Position numbers and translations under genes: made by a program. The notes below the pieces were generated by a model. The model did not search any database, was not told the DNA's origin, and saw only the letters and a program-made list of their open reading frames with translations. From IMG/VR virus record IMGVR_UViG_3300037785_000025, positions 1-30,056 of that record: a stretch of 30,056 nucleotides of DNA; one strand, written 5' to 3'. Below are positions 16,951 to 24,062 of this stretch, piece after piece; the stretch's first letter is position 1, and the number at the start of each line of letters is the position of its first letter. The stretch comes from a virus. Lineage: Duplodnaviria; Caudoviricetes.

Positions 16951-17548
16951 CTCTCTCCCTCTCTGCCAGGTTGGCGTAAAACTCCATCTTTTCTGGCGGG
17001 ATGGTGAACCCGCAATTCTGGCACTTGACCTCCAGGCTGTCACCAAACTCAGCTGGTGGCTGGTAGATGGTGCGCTGGTCACACTCTGGGCATGGCAACA
17101 GTGTTGGCCTGGCCCGTTCCTCCAGGGGATAGCGGTATAGGGCTAGCCTGGTGAGCTTTACCAAGGGCATCAGGTAAGTAATCTCTTTGCGGTTGCTCAG
17201 CTCATCTATTTTCTGATGGCGGCTCTGGCACTCATCCCAGGCATTGCTATACACGACCAGGTGGTTCCAATCCAGGGGAATGTAGTCACCCGTTATTGCT
17301 TGCCACATTTCCTCTGCTATCTGCCAGGCATCCAGGTTGAATGGCGCTGGTGGGTCACGCTTGATTGGCTTAGTCCCATCCATTTCTACAGAGGGTCGCA
17401 ACACATACACCTCTCTAAGGTGCTGTAAGGCCGCTGGAGCCTTTTGTAGGGCCCACCTAAGGTTGTCATAGCAATTAGAACATAGATAGCCGTGAGTGGC
17501 CTCTACGGCCTCACCCTGGATGGTGCAACCCGTGACACAAAATCTCAT
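16937..17548 (-). CDS. Multi-CxxC Zn-binding protein, possible late regulator
   Basis: CVTGC, CSNC, CPEC and CQNC motifs; position at the end of the early region. Confidence 0.55.
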   Translation of the reverse strand: MRFCVTGCTIQGEAVEATHGYLCSNCYDNLRWALQKAPAALQHLREVYVLRPSVEMDGTKPIKRDPPAPFNLDAWQIAEEMWQAITGDYIPLDWNHLVVYSNAWDECQSRHQKIDELSNRKEITYLMPLVKLTRLALYRYPLEERARPTLLPCPECDQRTIYQPPAEFGDSLEVKCQNCGFTIPPEKMEFYANLAERERDAHL

Positions 17549-17551
17549 TTA

Positions 17552-17764
17552 CTAATTTCCCCAGTAATCTGAGCCATGTAGTATCTGCCATTTCCAGCCG
17601 TAGTCATAAAAAATTACAAAGCCATAAGCCATCTCATGCTCAGTGCGTTTTTTTATGGAAATTTCCCATCTCCACTTTGCAAAAGAAATGACAAACCGCC
17701 CATAACTAGGTGCTGTTCCTCTTTCAATTCCAAAGGCCCAATCTCTTAGTGTTTCCGTAGTCAT
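17552..17764 (-). CDS. Hypothetical aromatic-rich protein
   Basis: 70 aa, AT-richer, start overlaps the nrdH stop. Confidence 0.6.
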   Translation of the reverse strand: MTTETLRDWAFGIERGTAPSYGRFVISFAKWRWEISIKKRTEHEMAYGFVIFYDYGWKWQILHGSDYWGN

Positions 17765-18012
17765 TGTTTGCTTTCCTTTCCATGGATTGCGTTGACAATG
17801 CCCTGCAACCGCTCCAGGCGAAAGCCTGACCAGTGCTGGTCCCCTGCCTCAATGACTGGGGCCTGGCTGTAGCCAAGTTCTTGCACACGCTCCCTGGCCT
17901 TGGGTGAGCGGTTCAGACTGACTTCCTCATACTGGATGAGGTGTTTGTCCAGGAACCGCTTGGTGCTGTCACATTGGACACAGGCACTAAGGGTATAGAC
18001 CTTGACCTCCAT
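17761..18012 (-). CDS. nrdH: Glutaredoxin-like NrdH-redoxin
   Basis: VYT..CVQC, APVI and HWSGFR motifs. Confidence 0.92.
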   Translation of the reverse strand: MEVKVYTLSACVQCDSTKRFLDKHLIQYEEVSLNRSPKARERVQELGYSQAPVIEAGDQHWSGFRLERLQGIVNAIHGKESKQ

Positions 18013-18233
18013 CAGTTAGCCACCATCTCAAATAACAGTCCTAGCTTTACCATGACTGCGGCATGCTCCCTGGAGTGCTCAATCCCGTTCTTGTGAGCCA
18101 GGTTGCTGGTTGTCTCAATCTCAGCCTTTAGGATTCTGAGGACTCTCTGGCGCTCTGCCAGTTCACCCCGCCTGAACCCATCTACATAGTGCTCTGCGGC
18201 TACATCTGCGGGCACACTACTTGGTGTTTGCAT
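18012..18233 (-). CDS. Hypothetical protein
   Basis: 73 aa, overlapping neighbours in operon fashion. Confidence 0.65.
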   Translation of the reverse strand: MQTPSSVPADVAAEHYVDGFRRGELAERQRVLRILKAEIETTSNLAHKNGIEHSREHAAVMVKLGLLFEMVAN

Positions 18234-18441
18234 TTACTACCTCCATACAACGGTCCCAACCAATCGCCTGGGTTTTGGTGAGCCCTGTTTCCAGAGCCCT
18301 GGTCTTTTTGTATTCCATCTCCACTTTGATTTGAGATGACAGGTTGCGCCTGCCCTCTTGAACACCTAAGCGGAAAGCTTCATCTAGCTCATACTCAAAA
18401 AGGTAATCAGCTATGCGGTATTTCAGTTCTCTCCAGTTCAT
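18217..18441 (-). CDS. Hypothetical protein
   Basis: 74 aa; ATGA overlap with the upstream stop. Confidence 0.65.
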   Translation of the reverse strand: MNWRELKYRIADYLFEYELDEAFRLGVQEGRRNLSSQIKVEMEYKKTRALETGLTKTQAIGWDRCMEVVNANTK

Positions 18442-18743
18442 CTGTCAAACCTTTTCTGCTCTACCCAACTGCGGCCAGCATCCCCGCCCCAGAGGTCCCA
18501 GGCAACCCTCCATGGTGTTGGCTTGCCGTCCTGGATTTCATACTTGGTGGAGCGGTAGTTGCTGTGGCGGCCAAAGTAAGACCGCATCCTGCCAATGGTC
18601 TCATCTGAGATGTTGCTACCTTTGGCTAGTTGGTTTGCCCTGGCGAGTCCAACCCTGGTGAGGTTAGCCCCACCAAAGCCAGCCTCTACCCAGGCCAGTG
18701 CCCTCTTAGCGGCGTTCTGTGCGCCTGCGGGTGGTCTAGGCAT
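18438..18743 (-). CDS. Conserved aquatic-phage domain protein (...RMRSYFGRH...VAWDLWGGDAG)
   Basis: Start MPRPP at 18743 with a GAGAGG RBS; 101 aa; motif recalled from aquatic phage head proteins. Confidence 0.75.
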   Translation of the reverse strand: MPRPPAGAQNAAKRALAWVEAGFGGANLTRVGLARANQLAKGSNISDETIGRMRSYFGRHSNYRSTKYEIQDGKPTPWRVAWDLWGGDAGRSWVEQKRFDR

Positions 18744-18996
18744 GTGCTTTCCTCTCTGCCAGTAGGTTCTTGCCTGTCTTATTGACATAGTGAACCGTCT
18801 TGATTCTGTCTGGGCGAAATGAGCGCATCTGCTCACGGCCACTGGGGCCACCCCAGACATCAATCCATTCAGTGGTGGCTGTAGCTACATGCTTGATAAA
18901 GCGGTAGCGGCCACGCTCATTCTTGATGCTCAGCTCTGTGCCTGGCTCTACATGGCGGCCATTGACCTGGAGCTCTGTGGTTACTTTGGTTGTCAT
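18736..18996 (-). CDS. Hypothetical small beta-rich protein
   Basis: 86 aa with a GAAAGGACA RBS. Confidence 0.7.
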   Translation of the reverse strand: MTTKVTTELQVNGRHVEPGTELSIKNERGRYRFIKHVATATTEWIDVWGGPSGREQMRSFRPDRIKTVHYVNKTGKNLLAERKAHA

Positions 18997-19008
18997 TGCC
19001 TGTCCTTT

Positions 19009-19146
19009 CTAGCTTGCTAGGAATAGGTCTGTGAGGATTGGCCAGACTGCGGCCAGGAAGTAGCGGTGTGGCTCATAGATAGCCACTAGGGCCCCTAGGG
19101 TGACCGCTAGGGCCACCGCTAGGGTTCTGCGGATTGTGATGGTCAT
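19009..19146 (-). CDS. Small membrane protein, 45 aa (not in the ORF track)
   Basis: MTITIRRTLAVALAVTLGALVAIYEPHRYFLAAVWPILTDLFLAS; TAATG coupling; fills the gap. Confidence 0.7.
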   Translation of the reverse strand: MTITIRRTLAVALAVTLGALVAIYEPHRYFLAAVWPILTDLFLAS

Positions 19147-19379
19147 TAGAGCTTGCTTCTATCTGTTGCCTTGGCAATGCCACGGAAGTTAGGGTAGTTC
19201 TTTTTGACCTGACCAGCGCTAATGTAAATTAGGCCATCAGAAACTCCATTTATCCAGAGCAGGGCATCATAATACTTGACCGTCTGGTTAGGGTAAATTT
19301 CTTGGTGCTCATGCTCTCCCAGCACCTCAATAACTTTGTTGCCTTTGTTATTGGCGTATAGAGCGGCTAGCTGTGTCAT
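19146..19379 (-). CDS. Hypothetical protein, first gene after a strong promoter
   Basis: Start MTQLAALY at 19379 after AAGGACAAAGGACAAAC (alternative ATG at 19406). Confidence 0.7.
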   Translation of the reverse strand: MTQLAALYANNKGNKVIEVLGEHEHQEIYPNQTVKYYDALLWINGVSDGLIYISAGQVKKNYPNFRGIAKATDRSKL

Positions 19380-19432
19380 CTGTTTGTCCTTTGTCCTTAC
19401 TGCCATGAGACCACCTTGACCTCATGTGAAAC

Positions 19433-19463
19433 ATTTTAGCATGAGTGTGCAAGTTTTTGTCAA
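19433..19463 (-). promoter_or_regulatory. Strong sigma70-type promoter
   Basis: TTGACA (19458-63), 19-nt spacer, extended TGc-TAAAAT (19433-38), in an intergenic gap. Confidence 0.7.
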
Positions 19464-19482
19464 GGACATTTTTCTGGCGTGT

Positions 19483-19947
19483 CTAAATTAGATGCCAGGG
19501 GAGCTCAATTTCCTGGACCATGAAATAGACACCTATCTCATCTGGAGGTCCATAAACCTTTTGGGCATGCCAGGTCACAATCAGGGCATCATCTTTGAGT
19601 AGGGGGTTGCCGTCACAATACTTGTCCAAGGAAATGGAGTCCCCTAGAGCCCTCTGGAGCTTATCCAGGTCAGGCATCACTGAGGGCCAGGCCCGCTTGA
19701 CTGTCTTGGGCTTGGGTAGCACAAAGGTAGCTGTGACCTCTACTGGCTCTGTGAATGGTGTGGGGTCATCTGTCTTGGCCATGTGCGCTATGACTGCCTG
19801 GCCTATTGCTTGGCGAAATGGCTCTAGCTTTTTGCTGGCCTCTATGAACCTGCCCCCACTGGCACGGTTCCCGCCCACATAACGCTTAGAGCCCTGGGGA
19901 GCGGGTTCAATCCCACTCACCCAGAGCTCAACTGCGGTTTTACTCAC
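19483..19947 (-). CDS. rusA: RusA-like Holliday junction resolvase
   Basis: PAPQGSKR, PDLDKLQRALGDS and KDDALI motifs. Confidence 0.92.
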   Translation of the reverse strand: MSKTAVELWVSGIEPAPQGSKRYVGGNRASGGRFIEASKKLEPFRQAIGQAVIAHMAKTDDPTPFTEPVEVTATFVLPKPKTVKRAWPSVMPDLDKLQRALGDSISLDKYCDGNPLLKDDALIVTWHAQKVYGPPDEIGVYFMVQEIELPWHLI

Positions 19948-20101
19948 CCTCTTTGGAGAGCCTAAATGCCTGGATAATTGCGGCTAGGAACATCCATGCG
20001 GCCAGGATGTAACCAGGGACTTTTAGCCAGGGGTTAGTCGCATCTGTGCTGAGCAAACCAAGAAAAACTCCAAACACCAATGCGTAGATTATTGCTTTCA
20101 T
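19940..20101 (-). CDS. Small two-TM membrane protein, 53 aa (not in the ORF track)
   Basis: MKAIIYALVFGVFLGLLSTDATNPWLKVPGYILAAWMFLAAIIQAFRLSKEGE; TAATG-coupled to ssb and overlapping the rusA start. Confidence 0.72.
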   Translation of the reverse strand: MKAIIYALVFGVFLGLLSTDATNPWLKVPGYILAAWMFLAAIIQAFRLSKEGE

Positions 20102-20385
20102 TAGAAAGGCATGTCCTGTTCAGCCTTTTCAACCTGTGGCTGGTTGACATTGATTCTGGCATAGTGAACCTTGCCATTGTCTCCATCAAACTCATCCACA
20201 CGGACTGATAGGTTGCCAACAACATTCACGGTATCGCCCACATTGTAACCAGTTGGGTCAGTCCAGACTGTGTATTTTTCAGTCCCCTGCTCGCCATCTT
20301 TTTTGGTGTAAGTGGTTGACACTGCTAGCCCTTTATCGCTAAGTAGGCGGTCAACGGTTGCTCCAGTTATTTGTATCTTTGCCAT
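20101..20385 (-). CDS. ssb: Single-stranded DNA-binding protein
   Basis: OB-fold pattern (KYTVW..GDTVNVVGNL), acidic tip DMPF; start MAKIQ with a GAAAGAGG RBS. Confidence 0.8.
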   Translation of the reverse strand: MAKIQITGATVDRLLSDKGLAVSTTYTKKDGEQGTEKYTVWTDPTGYNVGDTVNVVGNLSVRVDEFDGDNGKVHYARINVNQPQVEKAEQDMPF

Positions 20386-20406
20386 TACGGCCTCTTTCTC
20401 CATTAT

Positions 20407-21651
20407 TTACTTACCAGCTGTTTCAGCTGGCTCATCCACCCTAGCACAGCCACCGTTGAACACCATGTCAATTTCCCCTGTAATGCCATGGCGGTTCTTG
20501 GCCACATCTATGGTGAAACCTGTCATCTCAAATTCCCTGTCAGACTGTTTCTGGTATCTGGACAGCAACATGACCACATCAGCATCTTGCTCAATCGCCC
20601 CTGAGTCTCTGAGGTCTGAAAGCTGTGGTGTTTTGTCCAGGCGGCCCTCACTGTTTCTGTTCAGCTGGGCTAGAGCGATTACAGGAACCTCAAACTCCCT
20701 GGCCATGGTCTTTAGGGCCACGGAATACTCTGTCACCGCTTCATAGCGTTTTCTGCCTGGCACGGTGTCACGGATTAGTCCCAGGTAATCAACCACTATG
20801 GCGCTCAGGCCGCCGTTCTGTTGGAGCGTTCTGGCGTGTGCCCTGATGTCGTTGATGGTCTGCCCGCCTTTGTCAATAATCGCTAGGTTGGAGCAAGCAA
20901 GCTCATCCTTTGCCTCAGCCAGCTTTTTCCAGTCATACTCGCTGAGCTTGCCTTTCTCAATGTTGCCCAGGTAAACGCTGGAGGTCATGGAATACAGGCG
21001 GTTCATCAGCTCATTCTTGCTCATCTCCAAGCTGTGGAATGAGACAGGTCCTCTGTGGCTCAGGAAGTAAGCAATCTGGAGCCCCGCCACGGTCTTACCC
21101 ACACCAGGGCGAGCGCCGATTACATACATGGCTCCAGGACGGAATCCCTGAATGGCGCTATTGAGTAGCTTCCATGGACTAAGCATGTAGGTCCTGGGCT
21201 GGTTCAGGTTGTCCAGGTGGTTCAGTGCCAGGTGACTGATGTATTCAATGCGGCCATCTGTGCGCCGCTCCACCATTTCGCCTAGTTCTCGCCTGGCTGT
21301 GTCAATGAGAGCATCTAGGTCCTCATCCTGTGACTTGCTCAACAGCCTCTGAGCGGTAAACCCAAGGTTGCGCCTAATGGCGTTGTCCCTGACCATGCTG
21401 GCGTAGAAACTTATGTTGTTAGCTGTGGGGACCTCATTCTGCCAGTCCCATAGCTTCATGGCCACATCAGGCAATCTGGCCCCTACTGTGATTGGGTCAA
21501 TGGGTTCATGCTTTTGCCGCATCTCCCTCATTGCCATAAAGACCTTGGCTAGGTGCGGGTCATTGAACTCATCTGGTGACAGGGTGAGCTCATCTAGTGC
21601 TTGGCCCTGGCTTAGTAGGACCCCTCCAATAATTGCGGCCTCAGGGTTCAT
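20407..21651 (-). CDS. dnaB: DnaB-like replicative helicase
   Basis: GARPGVGKT, SLEMS, VVDYLGL, AQLNR, LRDSGAIEQDAD and AKNRHG motifs. Confidence 0.97.
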   Translation of the reverse strand: MNPEAAIIGGVLLSQGQALDELTLSPDEFNDPHLAKVFMAMREMRQKHEPIDPITVGARLPDVAMKLWDWQNEVPTANNISFYASMVRDNAIRRNLGFTAQRLLSKSQDEDLDALIDTARRELGEMVERRTDGRIEYISHLALNHLDNLNQPRTYMLSPWKLLNSAIQGFRPGAMYVIGARPGVGKTVAGLQIAYFLSHRGPVSFHSLEMSKNELMNRLYSMTSSVYLGNIEKGKLSEYDWKKLAEAKDELACSNLAIIDKGGQTINDIRAHARTLQQNGGLSAIVVDYLGLIRDTVPGRKRYEAVTEYSVALKTMAREFEVPVIALAQLNRNSEGRLDKTPQLSDLRDSGAIEQDADVVMLLSRYQKQSDREFEMTGFTIDVAKNRHGITGEIDMVFNGGCARVDEPAETAGK

Positions 21652-22305
21652 TTAGTCCTCCACCTTGAATTTGTGCTTTGTCCTTTTCGGTTCTGGTTTG
21701 GACCATTCAGCCGCTCGCCTTACCCAGTTGCGGTAGGCGGCATCCCAGTCCTTTTTCATAGCGTTCTTGGTGGCGGCTTGCCAGTAATCCGTGAACTTAT
21801 GAGTTTCCAACTTTATGTCCACCCAGGGGAAGTGCTCTGACATGACAGCCAGCGTGTCCTCAGTTGGCTTCCAATCTTTGGGGAGGCGAGTAGCGCCAGC
21901 GCCCTCTCTTTTATTCTTATTACTTGTATTCTTAGTAATAGTATTCTTAGGGTGCGGATTATCCGTCAACGGTTTATCCGTCAACGGTTTTTCCGTCAAC
22001 GGTTTTCCCACCCACGGTGATTGAGTAGTCCACACGGCCTCAGAAAACTTGCCATCCTCCCTGGACTGCTCTCTTTTCAAGTAGCCAAATTCCTCTAGCT
22101 CGCTCACTGCGGCTTTGAGTGCATCACGGCCCTCCAAGTTTTCCTCAATGAGGCTGTTGATGCTTACAGACCATCCTGGGCTGTGACTCATCAGTAGCGC
22201 CATCAGGCCCCTGGCTTTGAGTGTTAGGCGGCTGTCCCTGACCCAGTTATTTGGTATCTGGGTGAACTGCCCATCAAAATTATGTTTTCCTCTAATTAGC
22301 GGCAT
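21652..22305 (-). CDS. Phage replication initiator (lambda O-like, N-terminal winged HTH)
   Basis: FTQIPN..DSRLTLKARGL, ELEEFGYL, internal KPLT repeats, C-terminal KKDWDAAYRNW; directly upstream of dnaB. Confidence 0.85.
   Translation of the reverse strand: MPLIRGKHNFDGQFTQIPNNWVRDSRLTLKARGLMALLMSHSPGWSVSINSLIEENLEGRDALKAAVSELEEFGYLKREQSREDGKFSEAVWTTQSPWVGKPLTEKPLTDKPLTDNPHPKNTITKNTSNKNKREGAGATRLPKDWKPTEDTLAVMSEHFPWVDIKLETHKFTDYWQAATKNAMKKDWDAAYRNWVRRAAEWSKPEPKRTKHKFKVED
21907..22005. repeat. Origin of replication: three iterons plus an AT-rich unwinding element
   Basis: TCCGTCAACGGTTT at 21962, 21977 and 21992, each with dyad CCGT-CA-ACGG; TATTCTTA at 21912, 21927 and 21942. Confidence 0.8.
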
Positions 22306-22345
22306 GTCTTATTCCTTTGTTTGTCCTTTTGTGTATCTTAGTCAT

Positions 22346-22445
22346 AGAGCATTGTTCCCCTTGGGCACGGTCCTCCTTTCTGAAGCGCAAGTTTGTCCTT
22401 TCGCTCCTAGTCCCCCTGGCTTTTAGCTGGGGGGATTAGTCTTTT
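22346..22445 (+). ncRNA. Candidate ~100-nt antisense or trans-acting sRNA
   Basis: Three hairpins; G-U pairs in hairpins 1 and 3 favour the + strand; terminator-like hairpin at 22407-22439 followed by TCTTTT; candidate -10 TATCTT at 22334-39 with no good -35. Confidence 0.45.
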
Positions 22446-22754
22446 CCCAAACTCATCATCTAGGTAATACCAGACACCCTCATAGGCATCAAACACTGGT
22501 GTTGTCAGCGGGTCCTGGCCTGCCCTCAATTTCCACCCATAACGCTGTGCGGCCTTAGATGCCGCCTCAGAGCTTTCAAACATCCCGTTGGAGTGACTAC
22601 ACACGACAACTATGTTGCTGGCGTTAGAAAGCATCCTAGAGCCTCCCATGCCTCTATTGCGCCTGTGTTGGGGCACTAAAGTCTCATCATCAATGCCACA
22701 GTGGTAGCAATGGCGGTCCCTGGCTAAGAACTTGGCAAACTCTTTCTTAGTCAC
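22407..22754 (-). CDS. HNH-like nuclease
   Basis: RDRHCYHC..QHRRNRGMGG..NIVVVCSHSN; GTG start. Confidence 0.7.
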   Translation of the reverse strand: MTKKEFAKFLARDRHCYHCGIDDETLVPQHRRNRGMGGSRMLSNASNIVVVCSHSNGMFESSEAASKAAQRYGWKLRAGQDPLTTPVFDAYEGVWYYLDDEFGKRLIPPAKSQGD

Positions 22755-22908
22755 AATCTATGCCGTCATCACAAATGCAAGCCTGTGGGCTGTCATCACA
22801 TAGGGGACAATCTGGCCCCCCGTTTTCCATCTCAGCAAGCATCCAGAGCGCCTCAAAGACTTTGCGCTCCCTGCGGGCTTCCATCCACTCCCTAAACCAC
22901 CTAATCAT
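22747..22908 (-). CDS. Small Cys-rich protein, 53 aa (not in the ORF track)
   Basis: MIRWFREWMEARRERKVFEALWMLAEMENGGPDCPLCDDSPQACICDDGIDCD; ATGA coupling; fills the gap. Confidence 0.65.
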   Translation of the reverse strand: MIRWFREWMEARRERKVFEALWMLAEMENGGPDCPLCDDSPQACICDDGIDCD

Positions 22909-23240
22909 CTAGTGGTCCTCCATTCCATCTCTACCAGCTTGCCTGCGGCCATGACAGCCATGAGGGACTCACTGAGGTGTTTGATTTTTGACTTGATTCT
23001 GTTTATCTCTACCTTTGCCAGGTCAGCCTGAAAGCGAGCATCAGCGCTCTTTAGCTTGGCTACAGCCTGGCGGTCAACTACTGTGCCTTGGGCTTTCAAC
23101 AGCTCTGAATACTCCAGTTTGTCTGCCTCTGCCTCCAGCTCTAAATACTTGGTCTCTGCCTGAGCGAGTAGGTCAATGCCTTTCTCACTCTGTTGGCGAA
23201 TCCTCTCCAGTTCCTTGATTATCTGTCCTGGGGTCTCCAT
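22905..23240 (-). CDS. Coiled-coil protein in the recombination module
   Basis: 111 aa, helical; GAAAGG RBS. Confidence 0.7.
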   Translation of the reverse strand: METPGQIIKELERIRQQSEKGIDLLAQAETKYLELEAEADKLEYSELLKAQGTVVDRQAVAKLKSADARFQADLAKVEINRIKSKIKHLSESLMAVMAAGKLVEMEWRTTR

Positions 23241-23391
23241 TTATTGCCTTTCTCAGGATGCCGCCCAAACGCCTTAGTTCCATGTATTCGCCTAGACCCT
23301 CATCCTGGCGGCCATAGTCGTAAAGCATTTGGACCAGCTCCCTCTTTTCCACTATTGCGGCTATGAGGATTTTCCTACTCTGAAAGTCCAT
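23185..23391 (-). CDS. Hypothetical protein
   Basis: 68 aa, overlapping both neighbours. Confidence 0.55.
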   Translation of the reverse strand: MDFQSRKILIAAIVEKRELVQMLYDYGRQDEGLGEYMELRRLGGILRKAINGDPRTDNQGTGEDSPTE

Positions 23392-23866
23392 CAGCCAGTG
23401 CGGTTATAGATGCCAGGATGTCTTTGTGAACATTACTCTGGCGGGCTTCGTTGTAAATGCGGCGTAGGTCATCTACATCCTTGGCCTTGGCGGCCTCAGC
23501 TACAAAGTCACGCATTTCAACCTGTCGGTTCCTAACTTCCTCTGAACTGGCTATGCCTTTCTTAGTGTCAACGGCGAGCGCCGCAACCATGGCACGGCCC
23601 CAGGCCGCTGTCTCAGCGTTCTGAACCTCTGAGTCTTTGGTGAACCTGGTTGGACCAGGCACGGGCTCCCAGGCTGTTCCAATGCCTGGCTGTTGGTCAT
23701 CAGGTGAGCGGTAAGCGGCGGCTGTGTAAACCACCCAGTCCTTACCACCAAAGGAAATGAACTGTAAATCAACCTGGGTCAGTGAGCCCTGAGGGAACTT
23801 TTCCCTGAACTCTATAATCCTGGTTGCTACATCAATGTAGTCCAGGGGCCCTTTGTAATCAGCCAT
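23375..23866 (-). CDS. Putative single-strand annealing protein (Rad52/Sak-like)
   Basis: YIDVATRIIEFREKFPQG and NAETAAWGRA motifs; downstream of the YqaJ exonuclease. Confidence 0.65.
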   Translation of the reverse strand: MADYKGPLDYIDVATRIIEFREKFPQGSLTQVDLQFISFGGKDWVVYTAAAYRSPDDQQPGIGTAWEPVPGPTRFTKDSEVQNAETAAWGRAMVAALAVDTKKGIASSEEVRNRQVEMRDFVAEAAKAKDVDDLRRIYNEARQSNVHKDILASITALADGLSE

Positions 23867-24062
23867 GGTCTGCCAACCTCACATCCACATTGTCAGTCAG
23901 GGTCAGCCAAAGGTCTATCCCTGCTACCAGGATAGCTACCTGGTCAGCCTTGAAATAGTCCTGGCGCACACCCTGGACCTCACCCACAATGTAAGTGTTC
24001 TCAGGCTCACGCCTGATGGTTAGGTCCACAATGTCACCAATCTTTAGGTCCTGCGGTTCCAT
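23859..24062 (-). CDS. Hypothetical protein
   Basis: 67 aa with a GAAAGGACAA RBS. Confidence 0.7.
   Translation of the reverse strand: MEPQDLKIGDIVDLTIRREPENTYIVGEVQGVRQDYFKADQVAILVAGIDLWLTLTDNVDVRLADHG

Noticed and set aside
16951-17082. N-terminal extension of the FmdB ORF, and similar extensions at 5783, 7427, 16612, 18863, 24983 and 27036
   Set aside because: They overlap upstream genes or regulatory DNA; downstream ATGs have a better RBS or coupling and match family N-termini
21962-22005. Mini CRISPR array
   Set aside because: The repeats are tandem with no spacers and lie inside the initiator gene; they are better explained as iterons
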